From the human T2T-CHM13v2.0 reference genome, Homo sapiens, in the NCBI RefSeq assembly GCF_009914755.1, contig NC_060929.1: 64,000 nt of DNA; one strand, written 5' to 3'. Under the pieces are notes generated by a model. It made no database searches. It was not told where the DNA came from and saw only the letters and a program-made list of their open reading frames with translations. This document shows positions 46,330-59,373 of this stretch, piece after piece. Position 1 is the stretch's first letter. Each line of letters begins with the position of its first letter. The position numbers were made by a program, and so were the translations under genes.

Positions 46330-48590
46330 GCTTGGGTTTAAAGAAATCATGATGTCATTTGTTTTTTAATTTTCCCTTTTTGTTTTACTTTTTTTTCCCA
46401 TTTACTCCTTTCCTGTCATTTTTAGCAGATTCAGAAAATTTATTTACTATCTGTTTTATTTTCTCCACTGACTATTAACATTTAGATGTATGAATTGCTA
46501 TTTTAGTAATAATTCTGGTGGTTATAAAATGAGCCATTACATTATCATACATTAGGTTTATATTGTGCCACTTCATATAAAATGTTATAATTTAGAACAA
46601 TAGAATTGTCTTAACTTCCCATACCTTCTAGTATTGCTGTCATATTTTACTTAAACATAGTTACAAACCACATAACACAGATTATTATTTTTGCTTCAAA
46701 AGTTATCTTTGAAGAAATTAGTGGAAAAACAACCAATAAAAAACAGTCTTTTACAGTTATCCACATGTTTGCTATTTCTGATGCTGCTTATTCCTCCTGT
46801 AGACTCAAGTTTCCATCTGCTATCTTTTCATTTCAACCTGAAGAACATCCTGTATTATTTATTATGGTGTAGGTCTGCTGGCAACAACTTAGCTCAGATT
46901 TTCTTTATCTCAAAGAACCTTTATATTAGCCTCATTTTTAAAGAAATAATTGGAGAATATCAAATTCCAATTTGATATTTCTCAGAATTTTAAATATGTT
47001 GCTCCATTGTTTCCAATGAGAAGCAGCTCATTCATTTCCTTGTTCTATGGTATGTAATGTACTCCCCTGCTCCTGGTTACTTTTAATATATTTCCTCAAT
47101 TTCATTATATTTCCTTTCTAACTGCTAATGAACTCTTTGGGTGTCAGTTCCCCAGATATGAATGTGGATGTATTTGTATGTGTGGTTGGATTTATATGCC
47201 TGAGATTCCTAAGCTTAGACATATGATTGTTTACTTTATGTCTTTATTCTTAATTAGAATTAATAAAGACATTAATTACTTAATGTCTTTATTATTAATT
47301 AGAAAATTTTGAACATCATGTCTTCAAATTTTTTTTTGTTATTTCCACTCACTCATTATGTAATTCAAATTAGATATATGTAAGGCTTCTTGACGGGTTA
47401 CACGTATTAAGACTATCAGGAGTTTTATTTTTAATCTTATTTCATCACTAGTTTGCTAGTTTGCATTATTTCTAAAATTCTTTCTACCACTTCGTTGATC
47501 CTTTCTTTTGCAGTTTTATGTCTGCTGTTATATCCATTAAGTTCATTTTTAAGTTTCAATCAGTGTACTTATTTGTCATAGAATTTCCATTTGCTTCTCT
47601 GTTTTAATTTGAATTTCTCTTCCAAGAGTCTCCATTTCTTTATAGATTGTGACTCACTTTTCGTTGAAATTCTTCAATATATTTTTTAAAGATATCTCAA
47701 AATCTCGATCTAATAAATCCAACATTTAAGGTATCTTGTAACCTGTTTCTAATTACTGTTTTTCTTGCTTATAGAGCACACATATCTTTGTTTCTTCATA
47801 AATCTAGTATTGTCATATTTATTTTAATCTGGGTGTTGTGGATGATATGGCGAAAATGTCAGTATTATTTTTCTATTCACTGTTAACATTTTCTCTTTTT
47901 TAAGAGTCATAAATTTTTTCTCACAGGCAATTAAATTGTCGATAGATTCTATTACTTTTGTCATGCTTGGCCTTTTTCTTTGTTAAGAAGAGCCAATTTT
48001 GGCTTTATTTTTAGTTTTAGAGAATGTTCTATTTAGCATGCATTTGTTACTCCTAACACATGATCTCTTTGGGGTCTTATTTAAATGCCCAGTGTTTAGT
48101 GATGTGTTTCCTATTTTGCTGAGCCAGAACTCTGTTATTTTTTGTCCCTGTTGATCTCTGGTATCTCTGTTCACCTCAGTTCTGCAGCAACTGCTTTCTT
48201 GAGAACATCAGGAGTTTCATTTTATGCATACGCATGTAGCCTTTTGCCATGGATATGTTGTGAAACTCCTCACAGACTTAGAAAACCTCTCCTGAATGGT
48301 ATTCAGTCCTGCAGATTTTCACTACTTTAAGCAAAATGAAATTCATGTGTCTGCATCCTGAGTTCAGTGAAACTTACACACTTTGGTTGCATGTCTTTCT
48401 CCCACAGTCTAAAAAGTATTCTTCTACCATGGTCACAAAGTCAGGCAAACCTAAGATTTAATTTGTGTGTTTATCTTGATATAATGATCATTGTTTTGTA
48501 CTGCCTGTTGTCCAGTGCGAGATAATGTTTTATATTGGTCTATGATAAGATTATAAGTCTGATACCAATGATTCTATCATAGCTAGAAGT
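46330..48590 (-). mobile_element. Ancient L1ME-type 5' region/ORF1
   Basis: T-rich; CAACCTGAAGAAC, GTAGGTCTGCTGGCAACAA, TTTAAATATGTTGCTCCATTG and GAATTTCCATTTG motifs. Confidence 0.7.
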
Positions 48591-48629
48591 GCTATGTTTA
48601 TAATGTGATATTATGTATTAATTAAAAAA

Positions 48630-48935
48630 ACTACTGATACACTCAAAAATACTAACTTCCAAAATCATGAGATTGAACAAAATAAACAACACAAAAACAT
48701 TTAGACATTATGAATCCATTTATATAAGATCAAGAATAAGTCAAATCTATAATTAACAAAAATTATAACAATTTCTGTATCACTGATTATCTATGTGAAG
48801 TGCAACTTTATTGGAAGAGGCTATGAGGAAACATTTTGGGAATCTGGATTTTTGTGTTAGGATTATAGGCATATGCATTTGACAATGTCATTGAATTTTA
48901 TGCTTAAGTTTTATGCATTTTGTAACAAATTATTT
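48630..48935 (+). mobile_element. L1ME-type 3' end
   Basis: CTACTGATACAC...TCCATTTATATAAG...GGAAGAGGCTATGAGGAAAC...TTTATGCATTTT. Confidence 0.65.
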
Positions 48936-49079
48936 ATATTAACCTAATTGAAATATAACTGGAAAAAATGAATATAAAGTTTGAAAATGAGGACAAAATA
49001 TATACTAGAAAGACCTATAGGAGATCCGCATAATGGACTTCAAAGTCATCAGTTTGATTCATGTGTTAAAAAAAGAAGA

Positions 49080-49283
49080 ATTTCAGTCTCTGTTCTTAAG
49101 GCCTTCAACTGATTGGAAAAAGCTCATTCACATTATGAAGAGTAATCAGCATTATTTGAAGTCATCTGATTATAAACGTTAATCACATCTACAAAATACC
49201 TTCACAGCAACATCTAGGCTAAGTGTTTAACAAACTGGGCATCATTGCCTAGCTAAGTTGACAAATAAAGTTAAACAACACAC
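49080..49283 (-). mobile_element. MLT1E-family LTR fragment followed by (CA)n
   Basis: TTAAGGCCTTCAACTGATTGG...AAAATACCTTCACAGCAACATCTAG...CCTAGCTAAGTTGAC. Confidence 0.8.
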
Positions 49284-49446
49284 ACACACACGCACACACT
49301 CGCACACACATAGAATATACTATAAAATGCCATATTGATTTGGGAGAAGAGTAATGAAATAATGGTGTTCTAAATCTCTTATGTTGTCCAAAAATAGTAA
49401 TGTTCAGTGGACCTTAGGCTTTCATCCATCAGGAATATATATTGTT

Positions 49447-49824
49447 GTATTAGTTTGCTAGAGCTGTTGTAACAAAATACCACAGACTGCATGGCTTAAA
49501 TAACAGAAATTTATTTTCTTACCATTCTGGAGACCACAAGTCCAACCTGCATTGGTGGGTTTGATTTCTTCTGACCTGATCCTTGGCTTCCAGATGGCCT
49601 TTCCTCTATGCCCATAAATTGCTGATATTTCTCTTTATAGGACGTGATCTCCTCTTCTTTTAAGGATACTAGTCAGAATAGATTAAGGCCCAACTTGAAG
49701 GTCTCATTTTAAAGTAATGACTTTTATAAAGGCCCTATCTCCAAATACAGTCACATTCTGAGAAACTGGGTATTAGCGCTTCATTAGGGGGCTATTTAGG
49801 GGAAACAAAATTCAGTTTATAACA
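49447..49824 (-). mobile_element. MLT1B/C solo LTR
   Basis: TGTATTAGTTTGCTAGAGCTG...GGCTTAAATAACAGAAATTTATT...CTCCAAATACAGTCACATTCTGAG...ATAACA. Confidence 0.88.
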
Positions 49825-49829
49825 GCTTT

Positions 49830-50131
49830 ATTCTTTGTTGTTATTATTTTTTGTTGAGACAAAGCCTTGCTCTTGTTACCCCTGCTGAAGTGCAATGACA
49901 CAATCTCGGCTCACTGCAACCTCCGCTTCTCAGGTTCAATCCTGACTCAGCCTCCTGAGTAGCTGAGCTCACAGGCATGCGCCACCACACCTGGCTAATT
50001 TTTGTATTTTTAGTAGAGACGTGGTTTCACCATGTTGGCCAGGCTGGTCTCGAACTACTGACCTCAACAGATCTGCCCACCTCGGCCACCCAAACTGCTG
50101 GGATTACAGGCATAAGCCACCGCACATGGCC
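49830..50131 (-). mobile_element. AluS (Sp/Sq-like)
   Basis: GCTCTTGTT and GTGCAATG diagnostics; TSD AACAGCT on both sides. Confidence 0.92.
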
Positions 50132-50605
50132 AACAGCTCTTATGTGTAAGAACTAAAAAAGAAAAAAATGTTAAACATTTACAAATAACATATAAATACT
50201 CAGGGAAATAGAATAATCTGTTCAATGTTGGAAAATTTGGGTATGTTTGATTTACATTTAAATAAAAATAATATGTTCCTGCCACCTCAGAAATACAAAG
50301 ACCTTTGCTTCTGAATGCATTAACTGAAAAGATTATATTTACATTATTATAGTCTCACTCCTCAATTGATTTATTTTTAATTGTATACGAGATCTTTTTG
50401 GGGGGGTTTATTTTCTTTTTCCTGGAAAATATTCTTTAGAAATTAGTTCACTGATAATTTACTGAATGCAAATTTCCTCAGATGTAGTGGGACTAAAATT
50501 TCCTGCTGCTTTTTCACTAGCATTGTATTTTCTTTCTGAATGAGTTGACTTCATGACGGTTCTTTCTCTTCCTTTTCTTGGAGTTAAATCATACATAGCA
50601 CACAT

Positions 50606-50767
50606 TTTCTTTTATTTTTCTTTTCTTTTATTTTTTGAGACGGAGTCTCGCTCTGTTGCCCAGGCTGGAGTGCAGTGGAGTGATCTTGGCTCACTGCAAG
50701 CTCTGCCTCCTGGGTTCACACCATTCTTCTGCCTCAGCCTCCCAAGATACCTGCCAAGATACAGGCA
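50606..50767 (-). mobile_element. AluY-like right arm, truncated
   Basis: GAGACGGAGTCTCGCTCTG...GCAAGCTCTGCC...GGTTCACACCATTC; abuts the MER4 LTR. Confidence 0.88.
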
Positions 50768-51374
50768 TGAACCCAAATGTATCTGAGACAGGTCTCAATC
50801 AATTTAGAAAGTTTATTTTGCCAAGGTTAAGGATGCATCTGTGACACAGCCTCAGGAGGTCCTGAAGATATGTGCCCAAGGAGGTTGGGGTACAGTTTGC
50901 TTTTATACAATTTAGGGAGACAAAAATACATCAAACAATACATGTAAGAGTTATATTGATTTGATCTGGAAGTGCAGGACATCTTGAAGCAGGGATCAGA
51001 GGGCCTTCCAGGTCATAGGTAGAATTAAAAATTTTCTGATTGGCAATTGATTGAAAGAGTTATTATCAGTAGTAAGGAGTGTCTAGATTATAATAAGAAG
51101 TTGTGGAGACCAAGGTTTTATTATGTAGCAGAAGCTTCCAAGTAGCAGGATTCAGAGAAAATAGATCTTAATACTATGCATTAAGATTAATGTTTATAAT
51201 CAGACTTAAAGCTAGTGTTGATGTTAATGCTGGAAGGTAAAAGGAAGCATGTCCAACCCCTTCTTCTATCATAGCCTGGACTGGGTTTTCAGCTTCACTC
51301 TGGAATGCCCTTGGCTGAGAGGAGGGGTTCATTTAGATAAATGGGAGGCCTCAGAATTTTGTTTTTGGTTTACA
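50768..51374 (-). mobile_element. MER4-family (MER4A/B) ERV1 LTR
   Basis: TATCTGAGACAGGTCTCAATCAATTTAGAAAGTTTATTTTGCCAAGG...GAATGCCCTTGGCTGAGAGGAGGGG...TTTTTGGTTTACA. Confidence 0.9.
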
Positions 51375-51869
51375 TTCTTTATATAAATTTCTTGTGGATG
51401 TAAATCTGATTTTTTTTTTTACTCTGGTTGTCGATGGTCTTTCAATTGTGTAGTGTGATTTTGCATTGTCAACTCATCTTTACATGTGACCTTATTTTAG
51501 GGAAAACCCTGAGGTTTCAGTTAAAATTTACTTTTGCTAAGATCCTTCTGTGTATTTTTTATCTTAGACTATGATAAGTCAGATATACTTGTATATTTTA
51601 AATATGTTTTTTACTTCTGTTTGTTAATTTTCCCATCAAAATTGATCTGGCTTCAATTGCAACAAGGTCCTGCCATCTTGGAGGTATATATGGGAACTAT
51701 ATATTAGCTATTTATGCATCATCCTTTAAGTATCTTCTGTGTGGAAACACTGCAATAGTCAAATCTAAATCCTTACTTCAGTTAACTTTAACACATGCAG
51801 AAAATAATAAATTTAGAAAATAAATATATTTTAAATATTGTGACATATGTTATATGCTGTTATAAATAT

Positions 51870-52125
51870 AACCATGCAGCATACTGTGAGAAATAACGAT
51901 GGAGCAAGCAAAGTGGAAGTTCTGTCTTAAAGAGTGACATTAATGAATATCTTTAAGAATGAAGAGAGCCATCAAATTTTAAAAAGTGTGTAAGAATTCA
52001 GGATTTGAAGAAGCACTGGGGGAACACACATCAGCAGACACAAAATTTTTAAGTCCTGAAATGGAGTATATCTTCATGCTTTCAGTGATGGAACTGACAG
52101 AGTCTAGTGTGGCTGGAAAACATGT
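51870..52125 (-). mobile_element. L2 fragment
   Basis: GAGTGACATT...GAATGAAGAGAGCC...AAGTCCTGA...AGTGTGGCTGGA. Confidence 0.5.
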
Positions 52126-52909
52126 AATCAGTTTTTGATTAATTTTTTAGATAACTACTAGTCAAAAAAGCCTTCTATTACTCCTGACATTTTAAAAATC
52201 ATACACACAAAATTTTATGTTAAAGCTCATTGTGAAGAAAACTGCTTGGAAAAAAATGTAAACAATGCCAAAATACTATTTGGTTAAAATATAATACTTT
52301 ATAAATAAAATTAATTATAAAACAGCAATAGAAGGCAGAGTCTGTATTATTTTAGTTTTTATCTTTAATAAATAACCTGATAATTAAAACTTAAGTTCTA
52401 GAAACTCTCTTAATAAAATCAGAATCAAAATGAGATAGTAAATTTCATTTCATATAATTATTTTACACTCTTAGAAATGTCAATGATTGTAGTAGCCCAT
52501 AAAATATTTTCTAAAATTTAAATATTTAAATTTATCAATATTACAGTTGTTACTTTTGTCGACTTAGTAAATTTAAGGGTCAACAAACATAAAATAAAAA
52601 AATCAGCATATTAGCAAATATGTAGATACCTACAAATTATCAATGATTTTCCAATAAAGTATAACTATTAGATAATTTAGTAAGAAATTAAAGTTATAGA
52701 AATAAATATAATTTTAAAAATTTTATTGTGTTTATTAAAACATTTATTTAAATATCTAGAAAAAAGGAAAGGCAGTCGTGCTCTAAAATTCATGATAATA
52801 TTTTAAAGATGGGAATTTTATCTAATTTATTTACAGCTTTAATGCAGTTTTAATTAAAATCTCTTTACGTTTTTACAAATCTTCTTAAAAATTATTTAGA
52901 ATACATACC

Positions 52910-53440
52910 ATACAGATAATGGAATATTATTCCATCTCAAAAAAAAAGGAAATCCTAACATTTGTAACAACATGAATGAACTTGGAAGACAGTATGTTAA
53001 ATAAAATAAAGCAGACACAGAAAGACAAATACTGCATAAACTTACTTATATTTGAACTCTAAAGGAGTCAAACTCATAGAAACAGTAGAATGATGATTAC
53101 CAGGTGTCGCAGATGGGAAAAGGGTAGAACTTTATCAACAGGTGAAAACTGGCAACTCAGATGAACAAGTTCTGGAAGCCTAATGTACAACATAGTGACT
53201 ATAAGTTAATAACGTATTGTATACTTGAAATTTTCTAAGAAAGTAGATCTTAAGTATTCTCATCATATAAGCACAGAAACAGATAACAATGTGAGAATAT
53301 GAGTATATTAATATATTATCTTGATTGTGATAATTGTTTTACAATGGACAGATGTATCAAAACATCTCATTGTACACTTTGAATATATACAGTTTCTATT
53401 TGTCAGTTATACCCCAATAAAGCTGAAAAAATTAAAATTA
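52910..53440 (+). mobile_element. L1MA9-like 3' end
   Basis: AATGGAATATTATTC...CAGAAAGACAAATACTGCAT...AGTAGATCTTAAGTATTCTCA...CCCCAATAAAGCTG. Confidence 0.85.
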
Positions 53441-53549
53441 AAAAAACCTGATTGGTCAGAAATTTGGTTTTCCATGAAAGATGTTGCTAAATATGGCAAC
53501 TCTGACAAGAAAAATAATAATAATAAAAACGTTAAAAAATGACATATAT

Positions 53550-53680
53550 ACATCCATTCATTTATTCATTCAGTCTTTCATTAAATAACATGTAGTGACT
53601 GCCTATCCTGTGCTATGCATTAAGCATATGGTGAAGAGAAAATCAAATATTGTCCTTGCTGCTGTGGAAATTTTATGTAC
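53550..53680 (-). mobile_element. L2 3' end
   Basis: (ATTC)n-like start, then TGACTGCCTA...GTCCTTGC. Confidence 0.6.
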
Positions 53681-53717
53681 ATCATGCATACATACACGTG
53701 CATTAGTGTATACTTTA

Positions 53718-54042
<325 letters not shown>

Positions 54043-54561
54043 TAAATTTTGTTTACTTATATTTTAGTATTCGTATTATTTTAACATACTACATTGTTTT
54101 TTTAAAAAAAGACATGAAAAATCTTACATAAAGTCATCCAGTACAATGGAAATAAAAACTAGATATTCAAAGTGAAGGAAAGATAATTAAATAAAAGCAA
54201 CAAAAATCTATTTTCTATGCCACTAAACTATAAGCCATATGTTTCATTAGTGTGATAGAATATCCCTCATGTTTTTTCCTGACTTCAACAATAGACATTT
54301 AAAGTCTATAGTCATACCACAAAAGATTCATCTAATTACATTAGGGACAAATTATTGCCTCTCATTTTCTTTACCTCTAGCTATAAGATGGATAAATATA
54401 GACGTACAAATACAGGTATTCACATCTACAGCTTTCTGTCTAACAATATATACTTAAAAGTGTAAAAGACTTAAAAGGAATAGACAAAGGAAATCATCGT
54501 AAGTAATGTAATTAGAAAGAAAATAATGTAACAAAATTGTTTTTAAAAAGATTTACTTCAT

Positions 54562-54745
54562 AGTTATCTTCATATATATATATATATATATACACACTCT
54601 TAAAATGTCCCTTCAGGATTTTCAAGTTGTCTTCATCTTTATATATATATATATATACACACATACACTATATATATATATATTTACACACACACTTTAT
54701 ATATATATAAATATACACCTTAAAATGTCCCTTCAGGATTTTCAA
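54562..54745. repeat. Two-copy tandem duplication containing (TA)n/(CA)n
   Basis: CTTAAAATGTCCCTTCAGGATTTTCAA identical at 54599-54625 and 54719-54745. Confidence 0.92.
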
Positions 54746-55817
54746 ATTTTAGATATACTGTGATAAGCAATATATTTTGTATTAAATATTTGTACTCCAG
54801 AATGAAAATTGTTATAAAGCATTAGTTTAGTTCAAAATGGAGAAAACCAGTAGACAGTTGGGTGTTTCCAGTCCTACAAGCATAGTTAAATCAGTTAATC
54901 TCTTTCAATCTAACATGCTAACATTTCATACTTATGCCACAGAGTCTTCACAGTTTAACAGAATCTTGGCAGTAACACACATGAAACTTCCTGAAAAGGG
55001 TGGTGTTATATGTAGCCCAGAGTACTGTCATATATAACATTGCAAACTCTTCATGAGTTTTCTGTTCATTATCGCTGTCAGGATAGAGGTGTTCCAGATT
55101 TTATTGATTAAATAACTATCTTTCATAGATGCATTAGTTTCCATTTTTCCGGATTGAATTTCCTTTTAATGCATTTTTACACTTTGAATTTTTACTATTT
55201 TTAGATGTATTATAGCCATTCTGTTTGTCTACCTGACAGTTTGATATGGTCAAAAAATGACTTTGAATGTGCTGTTTTTCTTACCCCCCTCCGGCGTTAT
55301 TATCAGGGCTCCTTACTTCTGCATAGCACAGATGACCTGCACTAGAGCATGCTCATTGGCAGCAAGCACAGGGTCATTTGCAAACAGGGTTTCTTAATTA
55401 CACATAGTATACAGCCACAGGATGTCAGTCTCATGTATTGAAAGTTATAGAAATGTCAATTATATAATATTTGGGAATGGGAAGATTTGGTCTGTTTCTT
55501 ATATATTTCATTTAGGCAATGGTAGGTTAAGCCTAACTCTTGCCTATAGCCTGAATATAGATAACTAGTCTTATTCTCTTTGCTAATTATGTTATCTATG
55601 ATTTATAAAGAAATCTATGTGACTCTTGAATATATTACTTTCAGAAGAGTAGGTTTATTTCTTTCTAAATTATTGAGTGAACACCAACTAGGATTAGAAA
55701 ATTTCTGCTGTACATATTCAAAGCCAAAGATTGTCAAAAGCAAGAGCGATTCATTTTATCAAGTACCTGGAAGATTGTTGGCATTTTATTTAATAGCACC
55801 TACTAAATATATAATAT

Positions 55818-55859
55818 TGATCTATATAATTCATGGCATGATCTATATAATTCATGGCA
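55818..55859. repeat. Perfect 21-bp tandem duplication
   Basis: TGATCTATATAATTCATGGCA x2. Confidence 0.95.
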
Positions 55860-56859
55860 TTTTTACACACTGCAATTATGTTACAACAATTTAATTTAAT
55901 TTTCAGGTGTGTATTACATATAAACAATAATTCTGGCCTTTGCAGTTTGAAAACAGATTGCAATACTAGTAGAAGAGGGAAAGTCACGATTTGTGGGTGT
56001 TGATTGTTAAGTAAATCCCTACTATATGCCTAATGGGATGGGAAAAGAAGGTCAATATACCAAATAATTATAATGGTAAGAATATGATAATTATTATGGT
56101 AGCAGTATAAAATAGGATAGAGAGATTGAATTGTAGAGGAAGTGTTAATGAATTCTGACTGGGATTATCAAGGGAGTCTTTTTGCAAAAAAAAATTGACC
56201 TTTATTCTGGGCCATGAAGTATAGAAATTATGTGTGTAAAAAAGCATGATGAAATGGTCATGGCCCTTGAGCCCTCAAGGCTTTCGGACTTGATGTAAAT
56301 ATTCATGAAAATCTGTCCATACCTTGAAGCCCCTCTACTCTCAATAGCAGCTTCTGTGACTTCGGGACAATAGTAATTTTCTAAATCAAATACATATTTT
56401 CAGAATGAGAACTGATTTTATACATGCCAACTTTGAAGCTCGTAGAAACTACCTTGAGAAAGATCCACCATCGCAAGACTGATGTGTCAGCAGCTATAGC
56501 TTTGGGGAACTGACACATCTCAAGAAACTGTGTGGCTCAAACCTGGCAGCTAAATACTGCAGGTGAGAAGCTTATATCTCTAAAATCTGATTACCAAAGA
56601 TGAAACAGATGATCCTCTTTCCCAAAATACTGCACCCCAAATATTTTATACCTGCCACAGTATTATTGGTAGACAAGATTTGAACAGGCAATAGTAGGCA
56701 CAGACAAAATGTTGCTTCTATCAGAATCAACACATTGAGGGAACTTAACTGTGTTGTGTACATGCAGAAAATTCCACAGAGAGCAAGTTATCTTTGAAAC
56801 CAGAATACCCAATGATGAAACAAGTGGAACAAAGCCCTTAAAACAATCAAACCCAACTG

Positions 56860-57197
56860 TTCTTTCTTGCTTGCTTGCTTGCTTGCTTTCTTTTTCTTTT
56901 TCTTTTTTTTTTTTTTTAGATGGAGTCTCACCCTGTGGCCCAGGCTGGAGTACAGTGGTGCAATCTTCGTTCCTTGCAGCCTCTGCCTCCAGGGTTCAAG
57001 TGATTCTCCTGCCTCAGCGTCCCAAGTAGCTGGGATTACAGCGTGCGCCACCATGCCCAGTTCGTTTTTGTAGTTTTAGTAGAGACGGGGTTTCACTATA
57101 TTGGCCAGGCTGGTCTCGAACTCCTGACCTCAAGTGATCCACCTGCCTCGGCCTCCCAAAGTGCTGGTATTTCAGGCCAGAACCACTGCACCTGGCC
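56860..57197 (-). mobile_element. AluS with a (CTTG)n-derived tail
   Basis: Full dimer; TSD AAACCCAACTG at 56849-56859 and 57198-57208. Confidence 0.95.
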
Positions 57198-57474
57198 AAA
57201 CCCAACTGCTTTATCTCTCCAGCCTTACTTATAATTTGAAAAAATAAAACAAGCATAGGCAGTCATACACACAAAATAGTTCCAATCTGAATTAAGCACA
57301 TCTAGAGGCAGTATTGATCTGTGTATAATTCCAAAACTTCATGATGGATAGTCCAGCTATCTAGTTGTACATTACAATATATTTGTCTGCACTGTAAGGC
57401 ATCCTTATCAATATATTATGAACATTAAAAATCTTAAAGAGGTCCCCGTTGTCTTTTGGCGGCTTTATATTCCA

Positions 57475-57586
57475 TATGATAGCAAATACTACATCATGTT
57501 ATGTAAGGGGCTTGAGTATACAGGAATTTAGATATCCAGCAGTCATCCTGGAACCAATTCTCCACAAATACCAAGGCATGACTATA
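57475..57586 (+). mobile_element. MER2/Tigger-type DNA transposon terminal fragment
   Basis: GCAAATACTAC...TAAGGGGCTTGAG...TCCTGGAACCAAT...ATACCAAGG...GACT. Confidence 0.75.
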
Positions 57587-57720
57587 GTAGGCACCCAAAT
57601 AATTTTAAATTTAACTATTATCCGTTGACACAATTGATGATTAATGGGAGCAAAAGACAGTTAGGGAGCCTACCTTGACCTCTGGTTGTATAGGCTGTGG
57701 AATATAAGGCCACCAAAAGA

Positions 57721-58375
57721 CATGTGATATTTTATATACTTATACAATATGTAATGATTAAATCAGGGTATTTAGAATACCCATCACCTCAAACATTTAT
57801 CATTTCTTTGTGTTGGGGCTATTTCAAATCTTCTAGCTATTCCGAAATACACAATAAATTGTTGTTCACTATTCACTCTACTGTGCTATCAAACACTAGA
57901 ACTTATTCCTTCTGTATAACTGTATGTGTTCCCCTTAGCCAACCTCTCTTCAACTGACTCCTTTCCTCCTCCACACTCACTCTTTTCAGCCTCTGATAAG
58001 TATTATTCTATTATCTACCTCCATAAAATTAATTTTTTTAGCACTCACATATGAGTGAGAACATGTAATATTTGTCTTTCTGTGCCTGGTTTATTTCACT
58101 TAACATGACCTCCAGTTCCACCTATGTTGCCGCAAATGAGAGGTTTTCATTTTTTTATGGTTGAACAATATTTCTTTGAACATATATACCACATTTTCCT
58201 TATCTGTTCTTCTCCTGATGGACATTTAGGTTGATTCTCTATCTTGGCTATTGTGAATAGTGCTGGTGCAAAATAAACATAAGGGTGCGGGTATCCCTTT
58301 GATATACTAATTTTGTTTTCTTTGGATAAATACCAGTAGTTGGATTGCTGGATTGTATGATAGTTCTATTTTAAG
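57721..58375 (-). mobile_element. L1MA4-like 3' end
   Basis: CCATCACCTCAAACATTTATCATTTCTTTGTGTTGGG...CACATATGAGTGAGAACATG...GGTATCCCTTTGATATACT. Confidence 0.88.
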
Positions 58376-58439
58376 TATAAATTAATCTAAAAATTCAACA
58401 ACTTTTTTTCAGTTTTTCTCTTATTAAAAACACCACTCA

Positions 58440-58560
58440 GAGTTAGGCATTTGCACTCATACTTCCAGCTACTCAAGAGGCTGAGGATTGCTTGAGCTCA
58501 AGAGTTCATATCTAGCCTGGGCAATATAGTGAGATTCCATCTCTTTAAAAAAAACAAACA
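58440..58560 (+). mobile_element. FLAM_A-like monomer
   Basis: CCAGCTACTCAAGAGGCTGAGGATTGCTTGAG...AGCCTGGGCAATATAGTGAGA plus A tail. Confidence 0.8.
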
Positions 58561-59373
58561 ACAATAACAAAACACACACACACACTCACCTACCATCCTT
58601 ATATTTACTTACAATTTACATCTTTACCAAGAAAATTTTCTTTAATAATAAATCCATCTTTAATTCCAAATATGTGTGTATGCAAATGATATACTAGCCA
58701 TATTATCATGCCTAAGGAGGATTTGAAACACTTACTAAAACTTTTAAGATGCCATTCTGATGTTCTAAGTACAAGAAGTAAGCTAAGTAAGCTGAAAAGT
58801 ACTATACCTGGAGAAAGTGTATCTTATTAGGTATCACAGTCTGGTACTTTTTCCTATATACCAGACACAAATGTGCTAGAACCTGAAAGATGGCTACCTT
58901 TGACCCTTTGAAGTAAGCAAGATGCTAATATGCTTTTTCAAGTGGATCTACTCAATCTTCCCTTGCTCTTTCATATGCCCTTCTACTTTTAAATCAACAA
59001 GCCAATTTTAGCACCCAGTATGTGTAAGCATCTACACCTAGTAGTGATCTTCTTCAGACGGTATTTTCTACTAAATAGATGATCATTTTTCTCTACTGAG
59101 CTAAAGTAACAAGTAGTTGAATTGCTTTGAATAATATAGATAGAAAAAAAGAGCAAGAGCTACATTGAAAAAAATATTGAAATTTACTAAATGCACAATT
59201 ATTTTATTGAGTGATTTTTATTTTTTGTTGAAATTGGAATTGGACCTGAATTTAAGTTCAGGTCAAAAACTTTATAGAGATATATGAAATCAGCAGCTCA
59301 GATGACTCAAGGGACAATAAAAATATAAGCTGACATACTGGAAGGGTTTATATAAAGTTGAGGTCAACCCCCC

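Noticed and set aside
54599-54745. 27-bp direct repeats resembling a CRISPR repeat-spacer unit
   Set aside because: Only two copies, the spacer is microsatellite, the DNA is primate and there are no cas genes
59243-59264. GACCTGAA-tttaag-TTCAGGTC hairpin
   Set aside because: An isolated 8-bp stem is expected by chance in 64 kb, with no supporting context
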